DNA of 64,000 nucleotides from Pseudovirgaria hyperparasitica (lineage: Eukaryota). A program made the translations under genes and the position numbers. The DNA lies in assembly GCA_010093815.1 (NCBI GenBank), contig ML996566.1. One strand, 5' to 3'. Every line of letters starts with the position of its first letter. Position 1 is the stretch's first letter. Shown piece by piece: positions 46,462-59,218 of this stretch. The notes beneath the pieces were generated by a model, which made no database searches, was not told the origin of the DNA, and saw only the letters and a program-made list of their open reading frames with translations.

Positions 46462-49138
46462 TCATGAGTCCTTTTCGTCGATCAGATGTTCCTTCTCTAC
46501 TCTGGAGACCTTCTGGTCCATGGCAGTCTTCAACAACCAATTGACGTCTACTATCCGCGGTATCATATCCACATTCTTCGCCAGGCTGCGAAACTTGGGC
46601 CACATCAATTCATCTTTCCTCTCGCGAGAGCTGATCAGATAGATGTACTCCTTGTCGCCTTCGCCGTATGGATCTTGCTCTTGGCTTTCCGTATTGGCAG
46701 CAACAGCCTTGACTTCACGCTTCGAAACGTTCATATTAGATCGTCCGGTATAAAGCTGGCACGTGCCACCGTTGGCGACGGCTATGTCTCTCATCGTTTC
46801 GTAGCCCGAAGTCACGTTTCCGGTGCAGAATAATGCGAGACCTTCCAACAGCTTGCCTTGATTCCGCTGGGCTCGGGTCAACGTCTGCGTGAGGTTGATG
46901 TCGAACTTTTTCTCGTTTTCTCGGTCGCTCAGTATGAATTGATGTGGGTCTGGCAGCTCATGGTGCTTCAGGGCGTAGTCTAAGAAGTCGGTTGAAACCA
47001 CCACGGGTGCGTGAGCCAGGGCTCGAAGGAAGTTCTTCGTGCGAATGAGATTCGGCGCACAGAGAATCATGTCTGGACGAGGGTCTCCAGTCACCCAAAG
47101 TCCGAGCTGACGTAGTTTCATCTGCACAGTGTTAGGATGATATACAGTCCAAAAAGGAGTATATGCCAGAGGACTTACCTTGTCTGCTGATTCTTTGGTC
47201 TCGTTTCCTACCCATGCTTTATATCCGGTGACCATGAGCCAGTACTCGCGTTCTACTTTGCCAACTGGTACCGCCTTGGGACGCCCTTGCTTGGACTTTG
47301 TCTTCTTCGGTGGTGTTGCCTTTCTTTCCTCCTCTTCCTCTTCCGCATCTGGTTCGACGGACCGTTTCCGTTTCTCTGACTCTTTCCTATCTCTACCGTG
47401 TATCACGCCACCAACCCTCTTCATTTCCTTCTCAAACTTGGCCATGTCGGGTGCCATATCACTGAGCTTGGCCATCGCACGAGCCTTTGCACCTCTCCCA
47501 GCGGTTGACGGTGTCTGATTCTCCTTGTCTCCTTCCACGGGATGACGCTCTGCTGATTGCCCTTCCACTGGTTGCCGTCTAGTCTTCTGAGCGACCGGTG
47601 TGCTGGTCTGAGCCGCCGGTCGAGCTTTAGACTTTTTGACAACACCGGGCCTTGGTGGTGCAGTCTCGGTATAGTATTTCTCTACAGCCTTAGGATCAAG
47701 GCTAGTTTGACCAACGGCCTCGCCGAGATTGGTGCCCTTTGGAAAGTAAACATATTTTGGGTTGGTCATTGACATCTCCTCGCACTGCGCATAGCTTTCC
47801 TCCAGCCAGATATGGTTCAGAATGTGGATATTCCATTCTTGTGCCGCTTCACACTTGGCACCATCCATATATGCAGTGATCAGATGAGTATCTTCCTGTG
47901 TCATTTTGCGATCCAAGTGAGCCCCAGTGACTTTGACAAGATCTTGAAGGTAGTCTCGCGCCAGTCCTGTATAATTTGAAATGCTTATGTGGTACTTGTC
48001 GAAGCCAGGAATTCCATTGCGAGGGACCGGATAATGGAGCAGCTTGCGGAAGGGCGACCTCCATCTGTTACTCCTTATTATGTCAAAAAGCCAGGCGAGA
48101 TTCCCCACATCTTTCCCTGCTCTTGACGCTTCCACGTAATCAGGGCCGTCTCTGTACCTGCAAATCAAGATGTCTGTCGCCTCGATGTCGTCCGTAAGAG
48201 ATCCTCCGCTTTCTTCCACAACTTTAGCAATATTATCCGTGAGGTGAACGCTAAGCTCTAGGTCCTTGCAGATCTTCAACTTCTTGCTCTTGAACACTGC
48301 CGAGGCTTGTCGTCTTGCTACAGTCTCTTGCTCGGGATGGTGGGAGGTGGCGCCGTTTATAGTATCATGTATCTTTTTCGCGTTCGCCAGTGGAGGTGAT
48401 CCCGGTCCGCTTCGGAGGGCCACAGGATCTGATAGGAGATAGTTATCCTCAGAAACCTTAGCGCCTACTTTCATACAGACGTCGAACCTAAGTCAAGGTG
48501 AGAAATGATACACATAGGCAGGAACAAGGTCGTACCAGTGGGGCAGGACTATGTGGCATCGCAGCTTTTTTTGGATAGCCTTTTGACAGTACGCATTTCG
48601 AAGATCCAGAGCGATAATATGTGTCACAAAGGCTGATAGCCCAGTCGCATATGCACCCCCCATAGCCAATACCCCTCCATACACAGCCTCTTTATCGCCT
48701 TCCGGAATATCTGCGCAGCAGACTACGACATTCGACATGAACATGTGAGGATCGGGGCTGTGCTGTTTCGTGTTGGCGGGCTTCTGCTTTCTTATTGACT
48801 CTGGTATCCAGGCAGGCTTGACAACGGCCAACATAGCATCGAGGGCGTCCGAGTACTGGGGGAAATCGGCTGTCGTCGAGATAACGTGGGACACGTCCGA
48901 GAGGTCTTGTATACGGCCATCGCTGTCGAGAACGACGAAATCGCCTCCATATCTGACAACGTCTTTCCTCAACTGTGCATGTTAGTTGTCGTAGTACTTC
49001 AGGCAGTCCGTGACTGTAGCCTACATCTTGGATGGACCCGTCCGAGAATTCTGTGCTGGGAATGAACGCGAACCTCAAGCCCTTGAATAGAGTCGCTGAT
49101 GGGTCCTCCATTATCGTGTCAGAGTTGTTGCCGGCCAT
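46462..49138 (-). CDS. Multi-BRCT DNA-repair scaffold (Rtt107/Brc1-like)
   Basis: Several BRCT signatures (VVKPAWI, GGVLAMGG..THII..VLPHW, LLHYP..GIPGF..ISISNYTG.AR.YL, THLI, NHIWLEESY, RTKNFL.ALA). Introns ~48973-49022, ~48489-48535 and 47122-47178. Confidence 0.88.
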
Positions 49139-49748
49139 GATTGCGTTGCAGTGTGTGTGCGCATGGATCGTAAGTGTAATGTTTGCGGTGTCCGAACGCG
49201 CCTACCACTTTGACGCGCTATTGAACGCGCCTACACGTGACCTGTATTCTGTCCACTAATTGGCATGAAACAATCAATATCTTTGAGGCACAGCATGTCT
49301 TCCATCTTGTGTCAACACGCCTAAGCATAGCAGATTTATGTCATACTGACCATATTTAATGTTTGTGCCTCATGCTTCACAGTGTCAAGACTCCAAGTGT
49401 ACACACCTTAACCTCGGCATGTCTTCGAGTAATGGATGCTTGTAAGAGATTGATGATGACCTGGACCCGAACTGCCAGACACGTAATAATATCAAGGCTG
49501 TAGTAAAGGCCAACTCAAGTGAATTCACTCTATTATCACTCGTCACATAACACAGTACGAAATCGAATCTGTCAACGTCAGCACTTCATTTGGTCCCGCA
49601 GTGTCAAATACCGGTCAAAAGTCCCGCAGTCGATCTCAGTATACCTTCAGAGTTTCACGGGCCTACGGAACCACTTTGTTCATTATCCTACAGACTCAGA
49701 TGAGAAAACCATCGATTCTTATCCAAGTCATTGATCCAAACGAGCGAA

Positions 49749-51257
49749 ATGGCTTCGAAAGTCTTCCAAGTCCAAGAGCATGTCTTGCCTTGCCAACACA
49801 TCAGGCAGTACCATCGCGCGACAGTAGACGGAGAAGACGGTGTATTGAACTTGGCGATTAAGCAATACACACCGTTGAACAATAAAAGCCCTAAGCCAAA
49901 CGACCTCACCATCATCGGCGCACATGCGAACGGCTTTCCGAAGGTCAGTGTGGTCTGATGATACCGGGGTAATCTCTGATAGATGTGTCATATATAGGAG
50001 CTATACGAACCACTCTGGATTGAATTGCTCCAAAGAACCGAACAAGCTGGCATCGGTGTCCGTGGCATATGGATAGCAGATGTCGCACATCAAGGCGCCA
50101 GCGGTGTCCTGAACGAGAGCAAACTAGGAGATGATCGCGAGTTCTTCCACAGATACACTCAAACCAACCACTAACAACAAGCAGCATCATGGTTCGACCA
50201 CCCTCGAGATCTCCTACACATGATCAACCATTTCCGCGACCAGATCCAGCGCCCAATCGTCGGCATCGGCCACAGCATGGGCGGATGCCACCTCGTCAAC
50301 CTCTCCCTCATCCACCCGCGTCTCTTCGCCAGCCTCATCCTCGTCGACCCCGTCATCCAGAAATACACCACCGCCCAGGGAAACTACGCGCCCGCCCGAG
50401 CATCCTCCTTCCGCAGAGACATCTGGCCATCCCGCGCCGCCGCCGCACAAGCCTTCAAAAAGAGCAAATTCTACACCGCCTGGGACTCGCGTGTCCTCGA
50501 CCTCTGGATCCAACACGGCCTCCGCGACCTCCCAACACACCTCCACCCCATCCCAGACGACCCAGCATCCCCATCCCCCTCTCAAACCTCCCCCCTACCA
50601 CCCATAACCACCGAACCCACCCTCACCCCACAACCCACCTCTCCCCCCGTAACCCTCACCACAACCAAACACCAAGAAGTCTTCACCTTCCTCCGCCCCA
50701 ACTACGCCCCGCAACCCACCCCCGACACCCCAGGCCCCCACCTCCTAACAACCACCACCCCCTCCCAAAACCGCACCACCATCCCCGACCTCACCCCCAG
50801 CCCAACCCCTCAATCCCCCTTCTACCGCCCCGAACCCACCCTCACATTCACCCAACTCCCCCACCTCCGCCCACCCACCCTCTACATCTTCGGCGCCCAA
50901 TCCTACCTCTCCCAGCCCGACGCCCGCGCCGAGAAACTCGCTTGCACAGGCGTCGGCGTCGGCGGCAGCGGCGGCGCCCCCGAGGGCAAGGTCAGGGAGT
51001 ATGTGATGCCGGGCGTTGGGCATCTGGTGCCGATGGAGAAGGTTGCGGAGACGGCGGAGCAGTGTGGTGTGTGGATTGTGGAGTCGTTGCGCGGGTGGAG
51101 GGAGGCGGAGGAGGTGGTTTTGGGGGAGTGGGATGGGGTGCCGCGCGGGGAGCGCGCGCGGTTGAGTGAGAGGTGGTTGGAGGCGGTGAGTGCGCCGGTG
51201 GCGGGGTTGCCGGCGGTGAAGGGGAAGGTGGAGGGGAAGGGGAAGAGTAATTTGTAG
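49749..51257 (+). CDS. Alpha/beta hydrolase, Lpx1-like, probable peroxisomal (C-terminal SNL)
   Basis: HANGFPKELYEPLW; WIADVAHQGASGVLN; GIGHSMGG nucleophile elbow; GHLVPME. Introns 49944-49998 and 50137-50184 (GC-AG). Ends GKSNL*. Confidence 0.88.
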
Positions 51258-51594
51258 GGTGGAAGGGGGATGGTGTGTGGTGGTGTCTGCTTGTTATTGG
51301 GCTGGGATGGAGACGTCAGCGTGGGTCGCTTTGTCGAGGGATGTAGGCAGTGTTTGGAGGGTCAGGAATCTTGGTTATACAGACCAACATGGCCGCATCA
51401 GAGCGGAATCGACGTATGAATCGACCAGAAGTAGTCCACCATCAAATCATTGCAACTCAACCCGTTCATTCATTCATTCATCTATCTATCCACATGCGTT
51501 GCACAGTGCGTCGTAACACTCATATCGAACAGGTATACATCTCTATATCCTAATTTTGATATTCCCCAAAAAAACAGCCACCCACATATCCCCA

Positions 51595-53298
51595 TCATGC
51601 CGGAACATACTCATCCGGAAACCCATTCGACGCGCACGAGAACGGCCCCCCGAAACTATCTGCATGATAACCATCAATAATACTCTGCACCGAAGCCTAT
51701 TCAAGTCAGTCAGCAAGCCACAACCCCATCAGGACTCTCTCCACAGGGAGAACACTCACATAAGTCCCACCAGACAAAAAGAACAGCCCGATAAAAATCA
51801 AGACCACATTAACAACAATACCCACCCACCCGCGCCATCCACGAATCTTATAAAAATCCGGCCCATGATCCGCCCTCCGCATACGAATATACGCGACGCC
51901 CCAGAAGATAAACCCGAAGAACGAGTCAAACAGCGAGCTCATAATGCTCAGCAGATCAGAGAAGAAGGGGATGACCTCGGCAATGATGAAAGCGGCCACC
52001 CAGGTGAGCGCGAGGATACCGGCCCACACGGCCCAGCCAAGCGGGGTGTGGTGGCTGAGATGCTTGGTGCCCTTGAAGATGCGGAAGAAGATGAAGCGGG
52101 CGCTGACGCTGGCGTACAGCACGCCGAGGAAGATGAGGGTGGGGATCATGAAGCTGAAGCTGACCTTGCGGTAGGTGAGGTTGCCGAGGGAGCCGAAGGC
52201 GGGGGCGGTGTTGTAGTTTGTGCCGGTGTAGGCGTACACGATGGAGCCGACGAGGCCGAAGACGATGACTTCGCAGATGGTGACGGCCCAGAGCGCTTTG
52301 GGGAAGTCGCGGGGTTCCTTCATCTCGGCGATGAAGGAGGGGATGGTGATTTGGCCGATGAAGGTGTAGGAGATGTTCATGAATGCGTTTGTGCCCATGA
52401 CGAAGGTGGTGCCGGCCTGGGGGATGGCGAGGACTTGGATGGGACCCTTGGAGGGGAAACCGGTGGGGGCGTCCTCGATGGCGGCGAAGACCATGGCGAG
52501 AAAGACGGAGATGAAGGTGAAGAATGCGGATGCGGTGGCCAGACGGGCGAGCACGGAGAAGGTGCGTGGGAGAGAGCATACCCAGCAGACGACGGCGGCA
52601 ATGGCGGAGAAACCGATTGTGCAGAGGCCATGTTGCGAGATGGTGTTCAGGTAGTTTGCGCTGACGAGGCAGTGGAAGCCCTGGATGAAGGTGTTGTTGA
52701 GGAGGAACATGACGGCGGTCGCGTACCAGGCCCATTTCTTGTTCCAGAACAGCATCTGTCCGATGTCACAGACATCGCGGACTTCGGGGTGGCGCATGCA
52801 GAATTCCCATAGCACGAGGGACGTGTAGAGGACCATCGCAGCCACGAGGACGGTGAATATCAGGCCAGGTACCAGTCCGAGGATGGAGTACGAGTAAGGG
52901 AATGACATGATGGCCAGACAAATGTACTCTGAGAACAGCAATGCTGCCGTCTAACATGTCGTAAGCTATGGTGACGATGATACTTTGAGCCCGGGGTATA
53001 TACAGCGGGCACAGGGCGTAATTACCTTCTGCCAACTGCAAGTCCTGTACTTGATGGGATTATCAGCCTCCAGTGCCATCTGCTTTCCAACAGACATGGA
53101 GCTGTCGCTGTCGTCGCCAATATTGCCGGTGGTGATAGGCTTGTCAATCCTGCTCATCCTGCGACCACCTTGGCCCTCGACATCACCGCCATAGTTGTCC
53201 GAAGCTCTTTTTTCATGCTCATCCGGAGTGAATAGTCCACTGTCTTTGTTCTGAGCCTCCTCCTTGCTGGAGGAGCTCTTCCGAAGACCTAGCGCCAT
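51595..53298 (-). CDS. Neutral amino-acid permease (AAAP/Mtr-like)
   Basis: IKYRTCSWQK|TAALLFSEYICLAIMSFPYSYSILGLVPG; FIAEMKEPRDFPKAL; many hydrophobic helices. Introns ~52951-53025 and ~51697-51759; last exon ASVQSII..FSCASNGFPDEYVPA*. Confidence 0.92.
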
Positions 53299-54912
53299 TT
53301 TACTGACCGGATGGCCCGGACAAAAATAGTGGAATAAAAGGGTTCGTTACGTCTAAATAAGGGCAGCATTAATCACTAGGATTCAATGAGCTTTGGAAAA
53401 ATTAGGCGCGCAATGAGGATACCACTCGATTGCGGGCTGATGAAGGAAGATAGAAAACAAGCGACGTATTATGGGCGCAGGCCCGGCTTATGAATGGAAA
53501 GCAGAAACTGGGGCGAATTAGAGAGGGCGTGGAGCAAAATGTAAGATCGACAGAATTGAACGGCACGCGAGTTGTTGGTGCAAGCCCCAAGCCCGATGGT
53601 GCACCATGTCATTTTGTAAAATCTGATGCAAACCTCTTCAAAGCCCATCGTCATAGGCTGCCAAGGTGTCACCAGCCTACCAGTGTTGAGAAATGCTCGT
53701 CCGACTCGCAGAGCAGTACAAGCTGGAAGTTCCTATATCATATCTCTGGTTGGTGGTTGGTGTAGCAGCAGCAGACAAAGAACACAAAGGACATAATCAT
53801 CAAAGTGTCCATTATCCAGGTTGAAAGCTTGATATCGCTTGTTATGACTTGGTAAATGATGACCTCAGAGGCGTGGGGCACCAACACACTATTACTCGCG
53901 CAGATAAATAGATGGGACGGGGAGGATGTGGAGAATTCGTCGCGCAAAACCCGGTGGTTGGATCGGTTTCCGTAAATACGTCTTGGCTCGGCACTATTGA
54001 TGCGAACATACGAGCCAGCAGTCATGTTATTGATATGTAAAGCGTTTCATCTTTGCTGTCTTGCGCCATAATAATTGATGAATCCCGAAATCGGATGGAC
54101 GATTTAACGCTTACGTTGGTTGTGTCGTCGCTTAATCCGCCCGACTCGCCCTGTACATAATTACATGATAGGTACAGGGTCAGTAGAGATGACTTTAAAT
54201 CCATCACCAACGCTTTTGGTGCGGCGCCAGCTCAATAGGCTGAGCGCTTCGCAAATGACATTGGAACGAGCCAGAAATAGTATAGGTAAACTGTACAGAA
54301 TTCGCGGCCCAGAGCCTGTCGCAGACAAACTCTTTGCTTTGTCGTTCGCCGTGAGACTCGGTAAGCTTCTCAAGAGTATCTTGGCTTCATGTGGCGGCGT
54401 CCTGGGCAACGCTGTGCAACTCCGCAGTACAAGTAGATAGCGATTAGTCTACTACTCAGCCTGAAGACTCTGTGAGATAGCAATATCGTCACTTGGGGCA
54501 TAATTCAAGTGGCAATCTCCATCGTGATGAGCATCGCGGGGTCGCGCCAACTGTAATTGTGGTCTCAGTGCAACCTTTCAGGGAATCCCCTCTGTGTCCC
54601 TCCCTGTCAGTGGTCGAAGTATAAGCCGAGTTCGTGCTATACTGGAGGGTGACTTCGACCCATCTCTTCCACAATTCCTCATTGTTCGTGATCTTCAACA
54701 ATGGCACTCCTGTACACCAAGTGGAGTCGTCTTGAGTCTTTGCAGGATGTGTGCAGTGTCCTTCAGCCTAGCTAGCCGTGACTGCAGCTCAGGATCGTAG
54801 CTGTGACTTCCATGTCTTCCGACTAGTTGTGGTGCATAATCCAGATCGAGAAACTTTCTGCAAGGACGTACTTCCTCGCCCCATTCGCTCAGGGGGCGAC
54901 ATTGTATGAATC

Positions 54913-55816
54913 TTACACAGAGCCTGTGCTCTTGTTGCCTCTAGGAGCGAATCCAAATCCGCCTCTTCCGCTACCATCTGGGCCTCGCGGAGCCCGAAGG
55001 ATCTGACTCTCCTTGGGAAGCTCGGAATTCGACTGGCTGCCCTCTCCAGCTCTTCTTTGAATATATACAGAGTTCGGTTTCGGCGCATATCCGGGTTCAA
55101 AAAGCTGCGACGACTTTTGGGGTCCACCGCGTGCAGGAGAATGGTCGCCTGACGAAGGAGTGACATTACCACTTCTCTGACCTCCTTTGCCCTTTCCTTT
55201 GCCCCTCTGATTTTGGTTTTGGCTTTGATATCTTGCTTGTGGGGAGGCCCGGCCTTGTGTTTCGACAGATGCGCCAACCCCAAGTTCAGCTCGGCGCTCA
55301 GCATACGCACGCTTCTTTTCTTCGCGATCTTTTGCCGCGTTAGCCTGTCGTTCCTTCAGAAGTATGTCTGCCCTCTTGCGCTCCTCCTCTTCACTGTCAT
55401 CGTCGTCGTCGAGCGAGAGCCCCCCTATTTGACCTTCTACATCAGTCTTAGATAACACCTTTGGCGGTGGCTTGCGTGAAAGAAGTTTCATGGGTGCCCT
55501 GAACGGATCTCCCTGAACAGGCGTGTTGTCCCTCGCAGTCACGAATATAGGAGCAGGCGCAGGGTTATCTCTGGAGACAGATTAGCAGTCTGGCGGCTGA
55601 ATATGAATCAAGCACACATACGCTGTGTCCCACAGCTCGCGTTGCAATTGGGCATGCTGCGCGCGTCTTTCGGCCTTGGTCAACTTTTTCGGTTTCTCTG
55701 GTTGAGTATCTTTTGCTGGTTCTCTCTGTACTGCAATCAGCCTTGACTTCTGAGGATAAACAAAGTGCGCAACTGACGTCTGCAATTTTCACCCAGTCAT
55801 CGTCCCACGCACTCAT
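54913..55816 (-). CDS. SUZ-domain protein
   Basis: MSAWDDDW|..QRELWDTA|DNP.., MKLLSRKP, REEKKRAYAERRAEL and LRAPRGPDGSGRGGFGF (SUZ-C-like). Introns 55726-55777 and 55572-55621. Confidence 0.75.
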
Positions 55817-56146
55817 GTTGCTGATACTTCAATGTACAGTTTTGTGTATGTTTGGGCAGTGCTTTCGAGCGCAACGTATGAGGATAATGAAATGCACGAG
55901 CAACTGTGAGGTTTATCTTGTGGGTTTTGAGAACGAACTACGACGCGGGCAGCGGGCTCAGTAAATGATTAGCGCTACGCGGGTGGGTACAGCCGAACTT
56001 AGGAGCCTCCCCCCGCCTCTCAGCCCCTGCAGCCCTAAAAGCGAAGTGGAGCTATGGCTAGTATCTGTGTATGTGAACTATGTGTTGTGAATCGAAAACA
56101 TTACTGAACAGACAGTGCCTTTACTTGCTGACTCGCTCGCGACAAT

Positions 56147-56757
56147 ATGTCAGGTATGACTCTCGATCTCTTGGAACCAGCGACTCACCTCTAATCCAAC
56201 TCTACAGACATCGACGGCGACTCAACGATGCATTCCTCACCCTCTGACGTAGAGGACATGGACGAAGAAGAAGAAGAACTCCCCACCGCCCAAGACGCAC
56301 CTGCAACTCCAACAGGTGGTATAGCGCCTCAACATCCCCATGCCTTCGTCCCTCCATCCTCCGAGATCTCCCCTCCAAACTCACAGCACGGCCCGGCGCG
56401 ACAGAACGCCTTCACGAGTACTTCACGAAACGATGGGATGCCCGAGGGGAGCCCGAGTGCGATGGCGCTGAATGCCAACGGAAAGAGAGCCATAGTGGAG
56501 GGCAAGAATGAAGCTGCTACCAAAGCGAGCAAGCCGATAGGGAGGTCGTCTAGCGGTTACGAGTGGAGTCGGCCAGAGGACGAGCCTGGCTGGACGTGGA
56601 TGAATAGGAAGGCGGCAGAGGAGTACTACCGGGCGATGGATCAGATTGTGGATAAGGAGTATATGATCAAAAGTGAGTTGAGTCGATCCTCGTGTGGTGA
56701 TATTTTTCTGACGCGAAGTAAGACAAATACGGCGATGTGTGCGAAAAGAGACAATGA
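56147..56757 (+). CDS. Conserved fungal hypothetical protein
   Basis: ATG TCA G, then intron 56154-56207; SPPNSQ; EDEPGWTWMNRKAAEEYYRAMDQIVDK. Intron 56673-56722, then NKYGDVCEKRQ*. Confidence 0.7.
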
Positions 56758-57032
56758 ACACAGGACGTAGTCGCAGCAAAGAGCATCCGGAGTACCTGAG
56801 GGACTCGTACACTGTATGTTTCAAAGAGCCTATATCTATGCCGCAGTACATGCGACTCGGCGGTAACAGATGGCCATAAAAGTACTGCGCGTACGTAGGC
56901 GTATATCGCTTCACATGTTCTAGCCAGCAGCTGGCTTGATCATATCCTTCTACATGACCTCTAGTACTCATGTCGTATGATACAGGCTCATGGTTCTACT
57001 CCACACATATTCAATAGGCGCCACACACCACA

Positions 57033-57961
57033 TCAATCACTGTCTTCGCCTTCAGAATCCTCATCTCGTTCTTCATTGTCCTCCAGCGGATCTTCCACCA
57101 ACTGATCTGCTCCATCTCCGTGATCCTCCTCGTCGTCATCTGGTTCGTCTTCCTCCTCCTCCTCATCCTCTTCATCATCCTCCTCATCGTCCTGATCATC
57201 AACCTCATCTTCCATCTCAGCATCTGTTTCTGGCTCTGCGCCATCCTCTCTCCGTGCCTTTTTGTGAGCAGGCGGCGAGTCTCCGTCTTTACGTCGTGCT
57301 GGTGATCTGAGACCTTTCACGCTGCCTTCTGCGGTGACGAAACTTTCTTCTGCGGGGGAGGAGGGAGCCTGTTGCGCGGTGATATTTTCATCGGCGAAGC
57401 GTTGGGCGGCGGCGATCTTCTCCTCTTTTACTTTGCGGCGGTAGGAATTGCGCTTCTCGGTTTGGATCGTCGCAAACTCTTGGAGATGTCATCAGTGCCA
57501 TATAACTGCGTATCGTGGAAGATCTGCGTACTTGTATGTTCCTCGTCCAATCGCGCAGCAAAGCGTTCAAACTCGATGGCGTGCAGAGCATTGAGTACGT
57601 CTTGTGGTTGTATCGTCTTCTTGTTACTCCTCATCGTGAGTTCGTTCGCACTGATCAGAGCGTCAGAATTGTGCAGTAAGCTCTTTCGACTCCGCCTACT
57701 GTGACGCCAGGTAGCTTATGAAAACTGTTGCGCTTTTCTGTATCGCCAGTATCGCGTCTTTCTGCACCACCGTGTTTGGTGGTAGTGCGCCCCGTGCGAG
57801 TCGCTGCACCATTGACTTTGGAAGACCTAGGTCCTGGGAAGTGTGATTAGCGATTGAGTTCTGTCGTGGAAGCTCACTCATACATCTATGCTGATCCCAT
57901 CGACCATGGAGGAGTTTCCCTCATCAGGTACTGTGGAAGCATTGCTCTTGCGCGGTGGCAT
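57033..57961 (-). CDS. DPB4: Histone-fold DNA polymerase epsilon/ISW2 subunit D
   Basis: MPPRKS..ISID|DLGLPKSMVQRLARGALPPNTVVQKDAILAIQKSATVFISYLASH|ANE..KKTIQPQDVLNAL..EF; acidic tail; three introns. Confidence 0.88.
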
Positions 57962-59218
57962 GACGAGCTTGCAGAGTCGTATGGGTAGCAAGCAGAATAG
58001 AGCAATTCCAAAGCGAAAGTAATTAGTTGTTATAATGCGGTTTGATCGTGGTGAACAAGAGTGGGGAACTTGTGTATCCGGATAGAGTACGGGCGTGAGA
58101 CGCGTTGAGTGCAAGCGCACGTCCCTCACCTACACGCGTTTTTAATTGATTCTCATTCTTTGATCATGACGTCTGATTTACAGGTCCAACAGTCCATTTG
58201 ATATATCGCAAACCTTCGCTTTCTACCTGATGCTACTCTCTTCCTCATCTCGAGGTCTGATGCCGAGAGAGCCTCTGCCAATATAGTAGACGTTGTACCT
58301 CCTGACATAGATATCGCCATTCGTAAAATGCATCGTCACTGCATATACGCCGCAAACGTCTCTACAGATTTGTCTACTATCTGCATTACTTCCCCATGAA
58401 TTGAAAGGTTTGCATATTGAAAAATGTAACCTTCATTTCTTATGGCATCGGTGTCTCCAAGGGAGAAAATAGGGCAACTCGCACAACAAACACTTACATC
58501 TCCTGTCTCTCCCGAGGCTCAGCTCAAAGGACTTTCCGATGCTTACTAGCTACAAGGCGACCAACTACGAATATCGTCCTTATTCTACGAAACCTTATCT
58601 AGTCAAGACTGCGAGTTTCGCTGCACACTTTCGGACTTAGCCGGTCTTGGTGTCAAGTCTCGAACGCCTCGGCGCACCACAGATGGTTCGTAGGTGACAT
58701 GGAGAGATACTACGGTTGGTCCACCATAGCGACGAGAAGCCTATCCACAACAATGATAAATACTGTTGATACAGTACAACGTTTTTATGGATGCACTTGG
58801 ACCTTAGTTGCATGTATGCGACCACGAGACGAATCTCACGATCATCGGACAAATTGAGTCGTAGGGCGATCTGGAGGGGCCCAACGATTTACTACCGTCC
58901 GGCCCAGGGTTCCAGCTGGATGTTGAACACCAACAGCGAATGAAACAACAGCATGGTTGGATTGCAACTTGATGGAACCTTTATCTTAGTGGCGTCTGAT
59001 ATCTCGCCCACTTGGTCGCTTTAGTCTAAGCAGCATGCAGGTTTCAAGGTCGTGGGCCGCAACGCCCTAATAGCCATGGGAGCCACGTGCAATTCACTTC
59101 AGCCTCTCTTTCAACTTGAAATATAAACTGTCGCCTTTGAACTTCGTTTTCTTGTCTAGAGACGCCCATGTTTCGCGTGATCACCTCCCCCATCCTCTGA
59201 AGAAGATTGGCAACAATC

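Noticed and set aside
47122..47178. 57-nt in-frame stop-free intron in the BRCT gene
   Set aside because: Ordinary length with strong GTAAGT/CTAAC signals; being stop-free is unremarkable over 19 codons.
50189..51169. 326-aa P/R/H-rich ORF overlapping the hydrolase
   Set aside because: Alternative-frame artefact of extreme C richness.
51556..52812. 418-aa + strand ORF antisense to the amino-acid permease
   Set aside because: Shadow ORF from high GC3 codon usage; no recognisable motifs.
53900..54800. Short - strand ORFs that might be a pseudogene
   Set aside because: No recognisable domain or consistent splice pattern; cannot be supported without a homology search.
17980..57961. Putative DNA-repair cluster (REV7, Rtt107/Brc1, DPB4)
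   Set aside because: The genes are 9-28 kb apart and interspersed with unrelated housekeeping genes.
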